The notes: generated from the letters alone by a model not told the origin. A stretch of DNA of 41,287 nucleotides from an uncultured bacterium (GCA_964473625.1 CAYYPT010000003.1:1-41287); one strand, 5' to 3'; shown: positions 1-12,205, counted from the first letter of the stretch. A program made the numbers and translations.

Positions 1-64
1 GTTTGCTATACGAGAGGGAGGTCGTACAGTCGGCGCTGGCGTAGTAGGAAAAATAATTGAGTAG
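1..64 (+). CDS. tuf: Elongation factor Tu, C-terminal fragment (5' end outside window)
   Basis: nt 2-61 translate to FAIREGGRTVGAGVVGKIIE followed by TAG, the canonical EF-Tu C-terminus. tuf classically precedes rpsJ. Confidence 0.85.
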   Translation, partial: FAIREGGRTVGAGVVGKIIE

Positions 65-93
65 ATCCTAAAAAGGTAGGAGATTAAAACACC

Positions 94-402
94 GTGGCTG
101 GTCAGACAATAAGAATAAAATTAAAAGGTTATGATCATAATCTCATAGATAAATCGACAGAGCGAATTGTGAGAACAGCGAAATCAACTGGGGCTGCCAT
201 TGCAGGACCAATACCTTTACCTACCAAGCGAACAGTCTATACAGTTTTGCGGTCGCCTCATGTTGATAAGAAGTCTCGAGAACAGTTTGAAACCAGGATT
301 CACAAAAGGCTTATTGATATCTTGAATGCTTCGCCTAAAACAGTGGATGCTTTAATGAAGCTGGAATTGCCTGCAGGTGTTGACGTTGAAATTAAGGTGT
401 GA
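94..402 (+). CDS. rpsJ: 30S ribosomal protein S10
   Basis: 102 aa with a GTG start. [10 protein letters not shown]...GPIPLPT...[14 protein letters not shown] is typical S10. First gene of the S10 operon order. Confidence 0.97.
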   Translation: MAGQTIRIKLKGYDHNLIDKSTERIVRTAKSTGAAIAGPIPLPTKRTVYTVLRSPHVDKKSREQFETRIHKRLIDILNASPKTVDALMKLELPAGVDVEIKV

Positions 403-409
403 TAGAACA

Positions 410-1021
410 ATGAAAGGTCTTTTAGGAAAAAAAATCGGAATGACCCGGTTCTTCAACGAAGATGGAAGCTCAGTTGCAGCGACCTTAGTTGAAGCCGGGC
501 CCTGTACTGTTGTACAGATTAAAACAAAAGAGCGAGATGGTTACAATGCAGTTCAGTTGGGATATCAAGAAAAGAAAAAGCGAGTAACCAAACCATTGAT
601 GGGACATTTTAAAAAGGCCAATGTTGTTCCTCATAAAATCTTGAGGGAATTTAGAGATTTCGATGGCAAGGTTAAAGAAGGAGACCAGATCGGCGTAGAT
701 ATCTTTACTCCAGGAGAGTATGTAAAAGTTACTGGCTTCTCGAAGGGGCGAGGATTTGCTGGAGTTGTTAAACGATATGGATTTGCTGGCGGGCCTAAAA
801 CACATGGCCAGTCGAATAGGCACAGGGCTCCCGGTTCGATTGGTCAGGCAGCTTATCCTAAGAGGGTGTTTAAGGGATTAAAGATGGGTGGACGTATGGG
901 AAACCAGCGAACAACAATCAGAAATCTCAAAATATTAAAAGTTTTTACCGACCGTAACCTTTTGCTTATAGAAGGTGGTATTCCAGGAGCAAGGAATAGT
1001 ATTGTAGAGATTAGAGGTTGA
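410..1021 (+). CDS. rplC: 50S ribosomal protein L3
   Basis: The ORF-track frame opens at 377, but ATG at 410 gives the canonical N-terminus MKGLLGKKIGMTRFF. Synteny supports the call. Confidence 0.95.
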   Translation: MKGLLGKKIGMTRFFNEDGSSVAATLVEAGPCTVVQIKTKERDGYNAVQLGYQEKKKRVTKPLMGHFKKANVVPHKILREFRDFDGKVKEGDQIGVDIFTPGEYVKVTGFSKGRGFAGVVKRYGFAGGPKTHGQSNRHRAPGSIGQAAYPKRVFKGLKMGGRMGNQRTTIRNLKILKVFTDRNLLLIEGGIPGARNSIVEIRG

Positions 1022-1031
1022 ATTTGCAAGT

Positions 1032-1673
1032 ATGGGTGAAAGTGTGAAATTAGATGTCTATAAAATTGATGGTTCAACCACTGGAGAGCAACTGGCGCTT
1101 GCTCCAGAAATTTTTGATATTGAACCGAATGACCATGCTATCTGGCTGGCTGTAACTGCGGAGCTGGCCAACCGACGTCAGGGGACATCCGCAACTAAGA
1201 ACCGATCTGCTGTTCGTGGTGGAGGCAGAAAGCCATGGCGTCAGAAGGGAAGAGGAACGGCTCGTGCTGGAACGATTAGATCCCCCCTATGGGTTGGGGG
1301 AGGGCGCGTTTTTGGTCCAACTCCACGGAGTTATACTAAAAAAGTTCCTAAAAAGATAAGCCGTCTGGCGAGGAAATCGGTACTTTCCTGTAAAGCCAGA
1401 GAGAAGAAAGTAACACTGATTGAAGATTTTTCGTTTGAAAAGCCCAAAACAAAGCAGATGGTAGAGGTGTTAAAACAGCTCCAGTTAGATTCAACAAAAA
1501 CACTTCTTTTGGTTCCAAAAACCGATCGATCCGTATGGCTTTCTACTAGAAATCTTCCCTATGCAGCAGTGAAAGAGGCGGCTTCGTTTTCTGCTTACGA
1601 TGTGTTGAATGCTGATATGCTTTTGATCCAGAAAAGTGCATTAGAAAAAATAAGTGAGGTTTTAAAAAAGTGA
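1032..1673 (+). CDS. rplD: 50S ribosomal protein L4
   Basis: 213 aa with an [33 protein letters not shown] motif. Synteny supports the call. Confidence 0.95.
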   Translation: MGESVKLDVYKIDGSTTGEQLALAPEIFDIEPNDHAIWLAVTAELANRRQGTSATKNRSAVRGGGRKPWRQKGRGTARAGTIRSPLWVGGGRVFGPTPRSYTKKVPKKISRLARKSVLSCKAREKKVTLIEDFSFEKPKTKQMVEVLKQLQLDSTKTLLLVPKTDRSVWLSTRNLPYAAVKEAASFSAYDVLNADMLLIQKSALEKISEVLKK

Positions 1674-1960
1674 AACCAAACAGAGAAATTATTATCCGAC
1701 CTTTAGTTACAGAGAAAATTTCAGCTCTCCAGGAGACTGAAAATAAAGTAGCTTTTATTGTTGATAGAAATGCTAACAAAATTGAGATTAAAAAAGCAGT
1801 AGAAAAAAAATTCGACGTTAAAATAAAAAAAGTAGCTACTGTAAATATGAAGGGGAAACTTAAGCGTCTGGGTAGATTTGAAGGGAGAAGACCACGTTGG
1901 AAAAAAGCTATTGTGACTTTAAGAGAAGGATTTAAAATTAACTTTTTTGAGGGTAAGTAG
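1670..1960 (+). CDS. rplW: 50S ribosomal protein L23
   Basis: 96 aa. The GTG start overlaps the rplD stop (GTGA). The IIRPLVTEK motif is present and synteny supports the call. Confidence 0.95.
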   Translation: MKPNREIIIRPLVTEKISALQETENKVAFIVDRNANKIEIKKAVEKKFDVKIKKVATVNMKGKLKRLGRFEGRRPRWKKAIVTLREGFKINFFEGK

Positions 1961-1965
1961 TTTCT

Positions 1966-2790
1966 ATGCCGGTAAAGAATTTTAGACCAATTACGCCATC
2001 TCAGAGATTTAAGACGGTTTCAAGCTTCGAAGAAATTACAAAAACAAAACCGGAAAAGTCTCTTATTATTCCTATTAGAAAGAAAGCTGGAAGAAACAAT
2101 CTTGGGAGAATTACTGTAAGGCGGCGGGGTGGAGGCCATAAACGATTTTATCGGATTATTGATTTTAAACGGGACAAAGATAATATCCCGGCCAAAGTAG
2201 CCGCCATTGAGTATGATCCCAATAGATCCGCCCGTATTGCGCTTCTTCACTATGCTGATGGGGAAAAGAGATATATTTTAGCGCCTCAGGGATTGGCAGT
2301 GGGCGATCAGGTGATGTCGGGGGAAAAAGCGGAGATTCGTATAGGGAATGTTCTCCCCTTAGAGAAGATTCCTCTTGGAACGGAGGTTCATAACATAGAA
2401 CTTAAACCAGGACATGGTGGGCAACTCGTTAGAGGGGCTGGAACCTCTGCTCAGTTGATGGCTAAAGAAGGAAAATACGTGCAACTTAAACTTCCTTCGG
2501 GGGAAGTGCGGATGATTCGTTTTGATTGCCGTGCTACTATTGGCCAGGTAGGCAATTTAGATCATGTGAATATTTCTCTGGGGAAGGCTGGACGTTCACG
2601 CTGGTTGGGAAGGCGGCCTAAAGTCAGAGGTGTAGCCATGAATCCTGTTGATCATCCAATGGGTGGAGGAGAAGGCAAAGCGTCAGGGGGCCGGCATCCT
2701 ACTACACCATGGGGAAAACCAACAAAGGGATTTAAAACTCGACCCAAGAAGAAAAAGTCAGATTCGTATATTGTGAAACGGAGAAAATAG
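1966..2790 (+). CDS. rplB: 50S ribosomal protein L2
   Basis: 274 aa with [19 protein letters not shown] and [13 protein letters not shown] motifs. Confidence 0.98.
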   Translation: MPVKNFRPITPSQRFKTVSSFEEITKTKPEKSLIIPIRKKAGRNNLGRITVRRRGGGHKRFYRIIDFKRDKDNIPAKVAAIEYDPNRSARIALLHYADGEKRYILAPQGLAVGDQVMSGEKAEIRIGNVLPLEKIPLGTEVHNIELKPGHGGQLVRGAGTSAQLMAKEGKYVQLKLPSGEVRMIRFDCRATIGQVGNLDHVNISLGKAGRSRWLGRRPKVRGVAMNPVDHPMGGGEGKASGGRHPTTPWGKPTKGFKTRPKKKKSDSYIVKRRK

Positions 2791-2801
2791 AGGGAATTTA
2801 A

Positions 2802-3092
2802 ATGGGGCGTTCAATAAAAAAAGGACCGTATATTGATCCAAAACTTCTGGCAAAAATTGAATCGCTGAACAAAACTAATACAAAAAAAGTTATCAAAACG
2901 TGGGCTCGAAGAAGTACTATTCCCCCAGAGTTTGTGGGTCATACTATTGCGGTTCATAATGGAAAAAAATTTATTCCTTTGTTTATTACTGAGAACATGG
3001 TAGGCCATAAACTAGGAGAATTTGCTCCGACCAGAACTTTTAGGGGCCACGGAGGGAAAAAAGCAACAGGTCGTGTGTCAAGGGTAGCATAA
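2802..3092 (+). CDS. rpsS: 30S ribosomal protein S19
   Basis: 96 aa with [10 protein letters not shown] and VHNGKKFIP...[13 protein letters not shown] motifs. Confidence 0.97.
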   Translation: MGRSIKKGPYIDPKLLAKIESLNKTNTKKVIKTWARRSTIPPEFVGHTIAVHNGKKFIPLFITENMVGHKLGEFAPTRTFRGHGGKKATGRVSRVA

Positions 3093-3110
3093 AAAAGTGG
3101 GTTATTTAAA

Positions 3111-3461
3111 ATGGAAGCAAAAGCTTTTGCACGGTATATTAGAATGTCACCTAGAAAAGTTCGTCAGGTGGTTGACCTTATCCGGGGAAAATCAGTGGAA
3201 GAAGCGATCAATCTTCTTCATTTTACTCCTAAGCGGGGTTCTTTCCCTGTAGAAAAAGTATTGCGTTCTGCAGTGGCTAATGCTATGAATAAAGAAGAAG
3301 CTTCAAAATTAGATCCTGAAGATTTATTTGTTAAAGAAATTTGGGTGGATCAGGCCCCTACTATACATCGTTATAGACCGGGACCAATGGGTAGAGCAAA
3401 TCGTATTAGAAAACGATCCTGCCATATTTCTGTTGTCGTTTCTGATAAGCTTGTGGATTAA
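3111..3461 (+). CDS. rplV: 50S ribosomal protein L22
   Basis: 116 aa with an [21 protein letters not shown] motif. Synteny supports the call. Confidence 0.95.
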   Translation: MEAKAFARYIRMSPRKVRQVVDLIRGKSVEEAINLLHFTPKRGSFPVEKVLRSAVANAMNKEEASKLDPEDLFVKEIWVDQAPTIHRYRPGPMGRANRIRKRSCHISVVVSDKLVD

Positions 3462-3475
3462 ACTGGAGGAATATA

Positions 3476-4105
3476 TTGGGACAGAAGACCAATCCAATCG
3501 GGCTGCGACTCGGGATTAACCGTTCATGGAAATCCTTATGGTTCGATGAGAAGGGGTTCTCAAAAAAACTTAAGGAAGATTTAATGCTGCGGGAGTACAT
3601 TCGCAAACGATTACCAAATGCTGGTATTTCACAGATTGAAATTAAACGTACTCCCCGGCGGATTACTTTAACCATTCACACTGCCAGGCCAGGCATTGTG
3701 ATAGGTAAAAAGGGAGCTGAGGTTGATAAATTAAAGGAAGAACTTCAACGCATTACTTCGCAGGAGGTTCAGGTTAACATTCATGAAATTAAACGGCCAG
3801 AGTTAGACGCGTATTTAGTTGCAGAGAATATTGCACGGCAACTTGAATCAAAGGTTTCTTACAGGCGTGCGATGAAACGTGCAATTACCTCAACTATGCG
3901 AATGGGAGCCGAAGGTGTGCGAATTTCTTGCTCAGGGCGTCTTGGAGGTGCAGAGATGGCGCGTAGGGAACAATACAAAGAAGGAAGAATCCCACTTCAT
4001 ACCTTGAGAGCGGATATTGATTACGCTTTAGCAGTAGCTAATACAACTTATGGTACTATTGGGGTTAAAGTATGGATTTGTAAAGGAGAAGTTATCGGAG
4101 TTTAG
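3476..4105 (+). CDS. rpsC: 30S ribosomal protein S3
   Basis: 209 aa. TTG start lies 8 nt after [19 protein letters not shown] and a KH-domain GKKG motif are present. Confidence 0.97.
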   Translation: MGQKTNPIGLRLGINRSWKSLWFDEKGFSKKLKEDLMLREYIRKRLPNAGISQIEIKRTPRRITLTIHTARPGIVIGKKGAEVDKLKEELQRITSQEVQVNIHEIKRPELDAYLVAENIARQLESKVSYRRAMKRAITSTMRMGAEGVRISCSGRLGGAEMARREQYKEGRIPLHTLRADIDYALAVANTTYGTIGVKVWICKGEVIGV

Positions 4106-4109
4106 ACTT

Positions 4110-4535
4110 ATGTTAATGCCAAAAAAAGTCAAATGGAGAAAACAACAGCGTGGTCGCATGAAAGGAAAAGCCTATCGCGGTTCAGTTCTTTCTTTTGGAA
4201 CTTATGGGTTAAAAGCGCTGGAACCAGGCTGGATAACAAGCCGTCAGATTGAGGCTGCCCGTATAGCTATTACCAGGTATATTAAAAGAGGTGGAAAGTT
4301 ATGGATCAGGATTTTCCCTGATAAGCCTTTTACAGTCAAACCTGCAGAGACCCGTATGGGGAAAGGTAAAGGGAACCCGGAATATTGGGTAGCAGTAGTA
4401 AAGCCAGGAAGAATTTTGTTTGAGTTAGAGGGAATACCATACGATACTGCCAAGGAAGCAATGCGACTTGCTTCTCATAAGCTTCCTATTAAGCTGAAGT
4501 TTATTACATCTCTTGAAGGAGGTAACCTGCGATGA
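4110..4535 (+). CDS. rplP: 50S ribosomal protein L16
   Basis: The ORF-track frame opens at 4050. ATG at 4110 gives the canonical [19 protein letters not shown] and lies just after the rpsC stop. Confidence 0.96.
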   Translation: MLMPKKVKWRKQQRGRMKGKAYRGSVLSFGTYGLKALEPGWITSRQIEAARIAITRYIKRGGKLWIRIFPDKPFTVKPAETRMGKGKGNPEYWVAVVKPGRILFELEGIPYDTAKEAMRLASHKLPIKLKFITSLEGGNLR

Positions 4536-4756
4536 AAATGGAAGAAATAAAACAGTTGCCTCTGGAAGAGCTTAAAATTAGATTACAGGACACAGAAGAA
4601 GAGTTGACCAATTTGCGATTTCAATTAGCTCTTCATCAGTTAGACAATCCTTTGAAAATTCGTTCTGTTCGCCGTGATATTGCCCGGCTAAAGACAGTCA
4701 TTAGAGAATACGAGCTGGGATTGAGAAAAGAAAAAAGTCCCCGGCATGAGGAGTAA
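4532..4756 (+). CDS. rpmC: 50S ribosomal protein L29
   Basis: 74 aa with an ATGA overlap with rpl[18 protein letters not shown] motif. Synteny supports the call. Confidence 0.9.
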   Translation: MKMEEIKQLPLEELKIRLQDTEEELTNLRFQLALHQLDNPLKIRSVRRDIARLKTVIREYELGLRKEKSPRHEE

Positions 4757-4762
4757 TAAGTA

Positions 4763-5017
4763 ATGGAAAGATCTAGAAGAAAAACTTTCGTGGGGAAAGT
4801 TGTGAGCAACCGGATGGATAAATCAATTACAGTAATGGTAGAACGAAGATTTCGTCATCCACTTTATGGAAAATATGTTACAAAGAGTTCCAAATTCATG
4901 GCTCACGATGAAGAGAATGTTTGCCAACCCGGAGATATAGTTCGCATTATGGAGACGCGACCTCTTAGTAAACGGAAGCGGTGGCGTTTGGTTGAAATTG
5001 TAGAAAAAGCGCAGTAA
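4763..5017 (+). CDS. rpsQ: 30S ribosomal protein S17
   Basis: 84 aa with [18 protein letters not shown]...HPLYGKY motifs. Confidence 0.93.
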   Translation: MERSRRKTFVGKVVSNRMDKSITVMVERRFRHPLYGKYVTKSSKFMAHDEENVCQPGDIVRIMETRPLSKRKRWRLVEIVEKAQ

Positions 5018-5041
5018 AGATGTTACGGAGATTAAGTTAAA

Positions 5042-5410
5042 ATGGTTCAACAGTATACGAAACTTAATGTGGCAGATAACACTGGAGCCAAAAAAGTTCA
5101 GTGTATAAAGATCTTAGGCGGAACTGGACGAAGATACGGAAGCATAGGCGATATTATTGTTGTGTCGGTTAAAAGTGCTGTTCCAGGTGGAAGTGTTAAA
5201 AAGGGCGATGTTAGCAAGGCTGTTGTTGTTCGTACGAAGAAAGAGGTAGGACGTCCTGATGGTTCTTATGTCAGATTTGATGATAACGCTGTAGTACTGA
5301 TTAATGATCAGAACGAACCAAAAGGGACACGTATTTTTGGGCCTGTAGCCAGGGAATTGCGTGAAAAACAATTTATGAAAATTGTTTCTTTGGCTCCAGA
5401 GGTACTTTGA
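5042..5410 (+). CDS. rplN: 50S ribosomal protein L14
   Basis: 122 aa with [18 protein letters not shown]...[10 protein letters not shown] motifs. Confidence 0.97.
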   Translation: MVQQYTKLNVADNTGAKKVQCIKILGGTGRRYGSIGDIIVVSVKSAVPGGSVKKGDVSKAVVVRTKKEVGRPDGSYVRFDDNAVVLINDQNEPKGTRIFGPVARELREKQFMKIVSLAPEVL

Positions 5411-5432
5411 TTTTTAGCGGAGTGATTTAAGA

Positions 5433-5747
5433 ATGAAAGTTGTTAAGAACGATATGGTTTTAGTAATTTCCGGCAATTACAAAGGTAAAAGGGGAAAGGT
5501 ACTTAAGGTTTTCCCAAAAAAGCATAGAGTTATTGTTGAAGGAGTAAATTTTGTCAAACGGCACACCAAACCTACTCAAAAGAATCCTCAGGGTGGAATT
5601 GTAGAAAAAGAGGCTTCAATCCATGTTTCAAATCTGATGGTTATTTGTCCAAAATGTGATACGCCGACGCGGCTGGGGAGAAAAATATTGGAGGATGGGA
5701 AAAAAGTTCGGGTTTGTATGAACTGCGGAGAAATGTTGGTAGCTTAA
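5433..5747 (+). CDS. rplX: 50S ribosomal protein L24
   Basis: 104 aa with a KOW motif ([13 protein letters not shown]). Synteny supports the call. Confidence 0.93.
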   Translation: MKVVKNDMVLVISGNYKGKRGKVLKVFPKKHRVIVEGVNFVKRHTKPTQKNPQGGIVEKEASIHVSNLMVICPKCDTPTRLGRKILEDGKKVRVCMNCGEMLVA

Positions 5748-5773
5748 ATAGATAGACAGGAGATTTAGAATAA

Positions 5774-6373
5774 ATGGAGAGTTCAAAAGAGAAATATGTT
5801 CCAAGGTTGTTGGTTCGTTACAAAGAAGAAATAGTGCCTCGTTTAATAAAAGAATTTGGTTATAAGAATGTAATGCAGGTTCCCCGACTGGAAAAGATAG
5901 TGCTAAATATGGGAGTGGGTGAAGCAACGCAGGATGGAAAATTTTTGGAAGGAGCTGTGGAAGATCTTACAGTAATTAGTGGTCAGAAAGCAGTGATAAC
6001 CAGAGCAAAAAAATCGATATCGAATTTTAAGCTCCGGGCTGGTGTTCCAATAGGTTGCAGGGTAACGTTACGAAGGTGGTACATGTATGAATTTCTCGAT
6101 AGATTGCTAAATATTGCTATTCCTCGTGTTAGGGATTTCAGGGGGATTAACAACAAAGGATTTGATGGGAAGGGCAATTTTACTCTGGGAATAAAGGAAC
6201 AAATTATTTTCCCTGAAATAAATTATGATAAGGTTGTAAAAATTAGAGGCTTGAATGTAACAATTGTTACTTCAGCATCTACGGATGAGGAAGCTTACGA
6301 ACTTTTAAGACTGTTTGGGATGCCGTTTCGAAGAGAAGAAAATCCTTCGTTCCAGGAGAGTAAATCAAAGTAG
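5774..6373 (+). CDS. rplE: 50S ribosomal protein L5
   Basis: 199 aa with [20 protein letters not shown] and [19 protein letters not shown] motifs. Confidence 0.96.
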   Translation: MESSKEKYVPRLLVRYKEEIVPRLIKEFGYKNVMQVPRLEKIVLNMGVGEATQDGKFLEGAVEDLTVISGQKAVITRAKKSISNFKLRAGVPIGCRVTLRRWYMYEFLDRLLNIAIPRVRDFRGINNKGFDGKGNFTLGIKEQIIFPEINYDKVVKIRGLNVTIVTSASTDEEAYELLRLFGMPFRREENPSFQESKSK

Positions 6374-6383
6374 GGAGTTTTTA

Positions 6384-6569
6384 GTGGCACGAAAAGCACT
6401 TATAGCTAAAAGTAAAAAGAAGCCTAAATTCAAGGTAAGACAGTATAATCGGTGCAGCCGATGCGGGAGATCGAGAGGATATATGCGAAAATTCGATCTC
6501 TGCCGGATTTGCTTTAGAGAACTGGCTTTATCTGGAGAAATTCCAGGAGTAAAAAAGTCAAGTTGGTAA
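6384..6569 (+). CDS. rpsN: 30S ribosomal protein S14, type Z (zinc-binding, 61 aa)
   Basis: The ORF-track frame opens at 6315. GTG at 6384 gives a 61-aa product, [48 protein letters not shown]..., with the CxxC...CxxC zinc motif. Confidence 0.93.
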   Translation: MARKALIAKSKKKPKFKVRQYNRCSRCGRSRGYMRKFDLCRICFRELALSGEIPGVKKSSW

Positions 6570-6595
6570 TTTAAGTTTTATTTTCAGGAGTAATT

Positions 6596-6994
6596 ATGTC
6601 GATTACTGATCCAATTGCTGATTATCTTACGAGAATTCGTAATGCAGCAAGGGCACGACACAGCAAAGTGGATATACCTGCTTCCAATATTCTCAAGGAA
6701 ATTACACGTATATTATTGGAGGAAGGGTACATTCGGAATTATACAACTATAAATGATTCCAAACAGGGTATTTTACGCGTTTATCTGAAATATAATAAAG
6801 ATCGGGAAAGCGCCATCGCTGGGCTGGAGAGAGTTAGCCGCCCAGGATATAGACGTTACACAGGAGTGGAAAAGATTCCCCGTGTTCTCAATGGGTTAGG
6901 AATTGCAATTCTTTCCACGCCAAAGGGTATCCTTACAGATAAAGAAGCTCGAAGGGAAAAAGTTGGGGGAGAAATCCTGTGCTATGTTTGGTAA
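6596..6994 (+). CDS. rpsH: 30S ribosomal protein S8
   Basis: 132 aa with [17 protein letters not shown] and GGEILCYVW motifs. Confidence 0.96.
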   Translation: MSITDPIADYLTRIRNAARARHSKVDIPASNILKEITRILLEEGYIRNYTTINDSKQGILRVYLKYNKDRESAIAGLERVSRPGYRRYTGVEKIPRVLNGLGIAILSTPKGILTDKEARREKVGGEILCYVW

Positions 6995-7024
6995 AAGCAA
7001 AGTTTGATTTAGAAGGAGTGTAAT

Positions 7025-7561
7025 TTGTCAAGAGTCGGTAAATTGCCTATCGCTATCCCGGAAGGGATACAGATTGAAAAAGAAGACAATCTTATAACAG
7101 TAAAGGGTGAGAAGGGAATATTAAAACAGAGAATTCACCCCGATATGAAAGTGATTATTGAAGAAAAATCAGTTCGAGTTGAACGCCCAAGCGATAATCA
7201 GTTTCATAAATCTCTTCATGGTCTTACCCGGAGTCTGATATATAATATGGTTTATGGGCTGACCGTCGGGTATGAAAAACGTTTGGAAATTGTGGGAGTG
7301 GGTTACAGAGCAGACTTGAAAGGTAGGGTGTTGATGCTCCAACTAGGATATTCTCATCCTATTTATTTTGTTCCCCCGGAAGGAATAACAGTGGAAGCTC
7401 CCACGCCAAATTCAGTTGTGGTAAAAGGAATTGATAAACAATTAGTAGGACAGGTTGCAGCAAAGATCAGATCTTTCCGACCCCCGGAACCTTACAAGGG
7501 GAAAGGTATTCGGTATGAAGGAGAGTATGTCAGGAGAAAAGCGGGCAAGGCAGCGGTGTAG
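7025..7561 (+). CDS. rplF: 50S ribosomal protein L6
   Basis: 178 aa with a TTG start after AAGGAG. MSRVGKLPI and EPYKGKGIRY motifs. Confidence 0.95.
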   Translation: MSRVGKLPIAIPEGIQIEKEDNLITVKGEKGILKQRIHPDMKVIIEEKSVRVERPSDNQFHKSLHGLTRSLIYNMVYGLTVGYEKRLEIVGVGYRADLKGRVLMLQLGYSHPIYFVPPEGITVEAPTPNSVVVKGIDKQLVGQVAAKIRSFRPPEPYKGKGIRYEGEYVRRKAGKAAV

Positions 7562-7600
7562 TAATGATTTGAAATTTTAATTATTGTGAAAAGAAGAGTT

Positions 7601-7975
7601 ATGAAGAACAAAATTTCAAAAAGACATTTGAGACGCAAAAGAATAAAGAGGCACATTCGTAAAAAGATTCATGGCACACCTGAGTGTCCAAGGCTTACTG
7701 TTTTTAGAAGTCTAAGGGCAATATATGCCCAGGTGGTGGATGATACCACTCAGAAAACTCTGTTTTCTGTTTCCAGTCTTTCAAAATCCCTATCCAATGA
7801 TATTAAAAAGGCAAAGGGAAAAGTTGAGGTAGCCAGAATAGTTGGGAAAGCAGTGGGAGAAGAAGCTAAGAAGAGGAACATTGATAAGGTTGTATTTGAC
7901 CGGAATGGTTACCTCTATCATGGTAGAGTTAAGGCGGTTGCGGATGGCGCGAGAGAGGCTGGTTTACATTTTTAA
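7601..7975 (+). CDS. rplR: 50S ribosomal protein L18
   Basis: The frame is open from GTG at 7586. ATG at 7601 follows a purine-rich stretch and gives a typical L18 length. [24 protein letters not shown] motif. The start is uncertain by 5 codons. Confidence 0.9.
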   Translation: MKNKISKRHLRRKRIKRHIRKKIHGTPECPRLTVFRSLRAIYAQVVDDTTQKTLFSVSSLSKSLSNDIKKAKGKVEVARIVGKAVGEEAKKRNIDKVVFDRNGYLYHGRVKAVADGAREAGLHF

Positions 7976-8039
7976 GTTAGAAAAAACAAAAAGGTTTATT
8001 TAAAATATCGGATTATTAATTTAAGAGGTGGAGTAGCTC

Positions 8040-8549
8040 TTGGAAAAGATAAGTCCTAGTGAATTAGAATTAGAAGAAAATGTTGTTCATATTAACAGGG
8101 TGGCAAAGGTAGTTAAGGGGGGAAGGCGATTTTCTTTCAATGCTATTGTTGTGGTTGGTAATGGGAAGGGATATGTGGGTGTTGGGATGGGAAAAGCTCA
8201 TGAGTTAACCGACGCAATTGCCAAAGCTTCGGAAAATGCTAAGAAAAGTCTGGTACGGATCCCTGTTATTAATGGAACAATACCTCATACTGTTATTGGA
8301 AAATTCGGGGGTGGAAAAGTCCTGCTAAAGCCAGCTTCACCCGGGACAGGAGTAATAGCAGGTGGGGCTGTGAGAGCAATAATGGAAGTAGCCGGTATTC
8401 AGAACATTTTAACAAAGTCCTTAGGCTCGGCAAATGCCCATAATGTTGTAAAAGCGACAATGAAAGGGCTTCTCCAGCTTAGGGATGCTCTTACTATTGC
8501 CAAGGAAAGGGGAAAACAGGTGCAGGAGATTTTTTATGGGAAGGCTTAA
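8040..8549 (+). CDS. rpsE: 30S ribosomal protein S5
   Basis: 169 aa with a TTG start after [25 protein letters not shown] motif. Confidence 0.96.
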   Translation: MEKISPSELELEENVVHINRVAKVVKGGRRFSFNAIVVVGNGKGYVGVGMGKAHELTDAIAKASENAKKSLVRIPVINGTIPHTVIGKFGGGKVLLKPASPGTGVIAGGAVRAIMEVAGIQNILTKSLGSANAHNVVKATMKGLLQLRDALTIAKERGKQVQEIFYGKA

Positions 8550-8718
8550 AATTACGCAGGTTAGAAGCGCAATTAAAAGAAACGAAAAGCAAAAACGTAC
8601 TATAAAAGCTCTGGGTTTTCATAGGTTGCATCAAACTGTTGTGCATCCGGATGTGCCACAAATTCGTGGTATGATTCGGAAAGTAGCCCATCTTGTTCAG
8701 GTTGAAGAAATTAAGTAA
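8536..8718 (+). CDS. rpmD: 50S ribosomal protein L30
   Basis: The ORF-track frame opens at 8485. ATG at 8536 gives a 60-aa product starting [13 protein letters not shown]...TIKALGF. It overlaps the rpsE end by 14 nt. Confidence 0.9.
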   Translation: MGRLKITQVRSAIKRNEKQKRTIKALGFHRLHQTVVHPDVPQIRGMIRKVAHLVQVEEIK

Positions 8719-8746
8719 TAGGAAATTCTTTGCTGGTGAGGATGTT

Positions 8747-9181
8747 ATGAATCTTGGCAGTCTAAAATATGCTGAAGGATCAAAGAAGAAACAGAAGCGA
8801 GTTGGTCGTGGTACAGGTTCTGGCCATGGTAAAACCTCCTGTCGGGGACATAAGGGACAGAAATCCCGGAGTGGAGCTAAATCTCGTCCGTGGTTTGAGG
8901 GAGGACAAATGGCTTTGCAGAGACGGGTTCCCAAAAGAGGTTTTACCAGTATTTCCCATCAGGAGTATCAGGTGGTAAATGTTGGCGATTTGGACCGTTT
9001 GAAAGAGAAAATGATTTCTCCTGAAATTTTGGCGACAGCGCGACTGATCAAAAAAAACAGTAAACTGAAAATACTTGGGGATGGTAATGTGACCAAACCA
9101 CTGGAAGTAAAAGCCCATGCTTTCAGTAAAAGCGCTGTAAAGAAACTTGAAAAGGCTGGCGGAAAGGCGATCCTGTTATGA
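8747..9181 (+). CDS. rplO: 50S ribosomal protein L15
   Basis: The ORF-track frame opens at 8693. ATG at 8747 follows GGTGAGG and gives [43 protein letters not shown]. Confidence 0.93.
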   Translation: MNLGSLKYAEGSKKKQKRVGRGTGSGHGKTSCRGHKGQKSRSGAKSRPWFEGGQMALQRRVPKRGFTSISHQEYQVVNVGDLDRLKEKMISPEILATARLIKKNSKLKILGDGNVTKPLEVKAHAFSKSAVKKLEKAGGKAILL

Positions 9182-10512
9182 TCAAAAGTTTCAAAAGTGT
9201 TTTCAAAATTCCAGATTTAAAGAGTCGCATTTTCTTTACTCTCGGAATCTTGGTGCTATACCGGGTAGGTTGTCATATCCCTATGCCCGGTATCAATACT
9301 GCTGCCTTAACAGAATTTTTTGCCAGAAGTCGAAATACTCTGTTTGGTCTATACGATATGTTTGCAGGCGGTGCTTTTAGAAAAGCGGCAGTATTTGGGC
9401 TGGGAATAATGCCTTATATTTCTTCATCCATTATTATCCAGCTTATGGGAGCTGTAGTCCCCTATTTTCAGCGGTTACAAAAGGAAGGGGAAGAAGGCCG
9501 TAAAAAAATCAATCAGCTTACACGATACGGAACAGTCTTTATTGCCGCTATGCAGGCTCTGGGAGTAAGTATATTCCTTGAAAATCTGCCACCAACACAG
9601 GCGGGTATTCCGGCTGTCCCACATCCAGGAATGGGATTTAGGCTTTTAGTTATGATTACAATGACTGCAGGGACAATCCTGATAATGTGGATGGGAGAAC
9701 AAATTACAGAACGCGGCATCGGAAATGGAATTTCTTTGATTATTTTTATTGGCATTATAGCTCGTTTCCCTACCGCTATTTTGGATGAAGTACAACATTT
9801 AATTGCCGGTAATAGAGCGTTGATGATGGAACTTTTTATTTTCGCTGTTTTACTTATTATTGTAGGTGCTGTGGTAATGGTTACCGAGGGGACAAGGAAA
9901 ATTCCTGTCCAGTATGCAAAAAGGGTTATAGGTCGTAAAGTTTACGGTGGTCAGGCAACCTACATTCCTATTAGAGTGGCTGGTTTTGGAGTAATGGCAA
10001 TCATTTTTGCCCAGGCACTTATGTTTGTGCCCCAAACGGTAAGGCAATTTTTCCCTAACAGTGATTTTATACAAAATATACTCGCCTATTTTGATCTTAG
10101 TTCACCTCTTTATTGGTTTATCTACGGTCTGTTAATTGTATTTTTTACTTACTTCTATGCTGCCATTGCGTTTAATCCTGTGGATGTGGCTGATAACATG
10201 AAGAAATACGGTGGGTTTATACCAGGGGTAAGGCCTGGCAAAAAAACAGCAGAATACATAGATCATGTGTTGTCGAGAATTATGCTTCCCGCAGCCATAT
10301 TCTTTGCTCTTGTGGCGATTATGCCTTATTTTGTTGTGAAGTATATGAATGTTTCGTATACGTTTTCACAATTTTTCGGGGGAACAAGTATTTTAATTAT
10401 GGTAGGGGTTGCTCTGGATACTCTTCAACAGATAGAGTCCCATCTTTTAATGAGACATTATGATGGTTTTATGAAAACTGGGCGTATTAGAGGCCGACGA
10501 GTTTTTGGATAA
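9178..10512 (+). CDS. secY: Preprotein translocase subunit SecY
   Basis: 444 aa, polytopic, with [11 protein letters not shown] and [18 protein letters not shown] motifs. ATGA overlap with rplO. Confidence 0.97.
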   Translation: MIKSFKSVFKIPDLKSRIFFTLGILVLYRVGCHIPMPGINTAALTEFFARSRNTLFGLYDMFAGGAFRKAAVFGLGIMPYISSSIIIQLMGAVVPYFQRLQKEGEEGRKKINQLTRYGTVFIAAMQALGVSIFLENLPPTQAGIPAVPHPGMGFRLLVMITMTAGTILIMWMGEQITERGIGNGISLIIFIGIIARFPTAILDEVQHLIAGNRALMMELFIFAVLLIIVGAVVMVTEGTRKIPVQYAKRVIGRKVYGGQATYIPIRVAGFGVMAIIFAQALMFVPQTVRQFFPNSDFIQNILAYFDLSSPLYWFIYGLLIVFFTYFYAAIAFNPVDVADNMKKYGGFIPGVRPGKKTAEYIDHVLSRIMLPAAIFFALVAIMPYFVVKYMNVSYTFSQFFGGTSILIMVGVALDTLQQIESHLLMRHYDGFMKTGRIRGRRVFG

Positions 10513-10536
10513 TATTATTATTCTAGGATATTCTAA

Positions 10537-11202
10537 TTGACGGCAAAACGGTTGATTATTTTGGGACCGCCAGGAGTAGGAAAAGGAACCCAAGCGAAGA
10601 AACTGGAAAAAGATTTTGGCTGGGTGCATGTTTCTACAGGTGATATGTTAAGAGAGGCGGTTAGTAATGGAACACCATTGGGAGTGCAGGTAAAGGTTAT
10701 TATGGAAAGGGGAGACCTTGTTCCCGATGATATTATGTTAGAGGTGGTAAAAGATCGTCTCAGACACGATGATTGCTTAAATGGCTTTATTTTAGATGGG
10801 TTTCCCAGGACCATTCCCCAGGCTGAAGCGTTAGATAAATTACTTAAGGAAGAAAATATTTTTATAGACGGTTTAATTTCTATTAATGTTCCAGATGATG
10901 AGATTATTAAAAGACTTTCCCAACGTCTTATTTGTAATAATTGTGGGTATGTATCGACAATCAATGATGGAAAACAGCCAGGAGATATGTGTCCTAGATG
11001 TGGTGGTACTCTTATGCGGCGAGAGGATGATGAGCCTACGACAATAAAACGCCGTCTAGAAGTGTATGAAAAACAAACTCGTTCTTTGATTCAATATTAT
11101 AGAGAAAAAGGCATTCTGTTTGAAATTGATGGCACCGGCTCTATAGATGAGGTGTATGGTAGAATCCTTAATGCGCTGGGTATGTCTTTGGGGCAGAAAT
11201 GA
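10537..11202 (+). CDS. adk: Adenylate kinase (zinc-lid type)
   Basis: 221 aa with a TTG start. P-loop GPPGVGKGT. LID with CNNCG...CPRCGG. Confidence 0.96.
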   Translation: MTAKRLIILGPPGVGKGTQAKKLEKDFGWVHVSTGDMLREAVSNGTPLGVQVKVIMERGDLVPDDIMLEVVKDRLRHDDCLNGFILDGFPRTIPQAEALDKLLKEENIFIDGLISINVPDDEIIKRLSQRLICNNCGYVSTINDGKQPGDMCPRCGGTLMRREDDEPTTIKRRLEVYEKQTRSLIQYYREKGILFEIDGTGSIDEVYGRILNALGMSLGQK

Positions 11203-11981
11203 TTTTTATCAAAACTGAGGAGGAAATCCAGAAGATTCGGAGGAGTGCTGAGCTTTTAGTTAAAACTTTTCATGCAGTGGCAGAAGTTTTATCTCCTGGG
11301 GTTACTACTGGTTTTTTGGACGAGGTGGCAGAGAAATGTATTCGGGCTGGGGGAGGTAGGCCTGCTTTTAAAGGATATCATGGATACCCGGCAGCTATTT
11401 GTGCTTCAATAGATAGTCAAGTTGTTCATGGAATACCCGGGTCAAGAAAGTTGAAAGAAGGAGAAATTGTCGGTATAGATATTGGTGTTGTGTTAGATGG
11501 CTATTACTCAGATGCGGCAAGGACTTATGCTGTTGGGAATATTTCTCCTGAGAAATTGCGCCTGATGGAAACTACAAAAAAAGCCCTGCATAGGGGCATT
11601 CGGAAATGCCGTGAGGGGAACCGTCTTTCGGATATTTCTCATGCAATTCAAACTTGTGTTGAAGCAGAGGGTTTTTCGGTAGTCCGGGCGCTGGTAGGAC
11701 ATGGGGTAGGAAGAGAACTTCATGAGGATCCACAAATTCCTAACTTTGGTGATCCTCACAGAGGACCTAAGCTTCGTGCAGGAATGGTTTTTGCCATTGA
11801 GCCAATGGTTAATATGGAGGCGCCAGAAGTCAAATTTTTAGAAGACGGTTGGACTGTAGAGACGGCTGATGGTTCTCCGTCTGCTCATTTTGAGCATACT
11901 GTTCTTGTAACCCATAGTAAACCAGAAATCCTGACGTTAGGTCTTGAACAGGATACTATTTTAGGAAGAGATTATGGCTAA
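11199..11981 (+). CDS. map: Methionine aminopeptidase, type I
   Basis: 260 aa with an ATGA overlap with adk. VVHGIPG...[31 protein letters not shown] metal-ligand pattern. Confidence 0.96.
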   Translation: MIFIKTEEEIQKIRRSAELLVKTFHAVAEVLSPGVTTGFLDEVAEKCIRAGGGRPAFKGYHGYPAAICASIDSQVVHGIPGSRKLKEGEIVGIDIGVVLDGYYSDAARTYAVGNISPEKLRLMETTKKALHRGIRKCREGNRLSDISHAIQTCVEAEGFSVVRALVGHGVGRELHEDPQIPNFGDPHRGPKLRAGMVFAIEPMVNMEAPEVKFLEDGWTVETADGSPSAHFEHTVLVTHSKPEILTLGLEQDTILGRDYG

Positions 11982-12192
11982 AGAACCACCTATTAAAGTA
12001 GATGGGATTATTCAGGAAACTCTTCCCAACGCTACTTTTAGAGTAGAATTGGAAAGTGGGCATAAAATCCTTGCTCACGTTTCGGGTAAAATGAGAATGC
12101 ATTTTATAAAGATACTACCTGGGGATAAGGTAACAGTAGAACTTTCACCTTACGATCTTACCCGGGGAAGAATTATATATAGATATAAGTAA
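11974..12192 (+). CDS. infA: Translation initiation factor IF-1
   Basis: 72 aa with an [37 protein letters not shown] motif. Confidence 0.96.
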   Translation: MAKEPPIKVDGIIQETLPNATFRVELESGHKILAHVSGKMRMHFIKILPGDKVTVELSPYDLTRGRIIYRYK

Positions 12193-12205
12193 ATGAGGTT
12201 TAAAA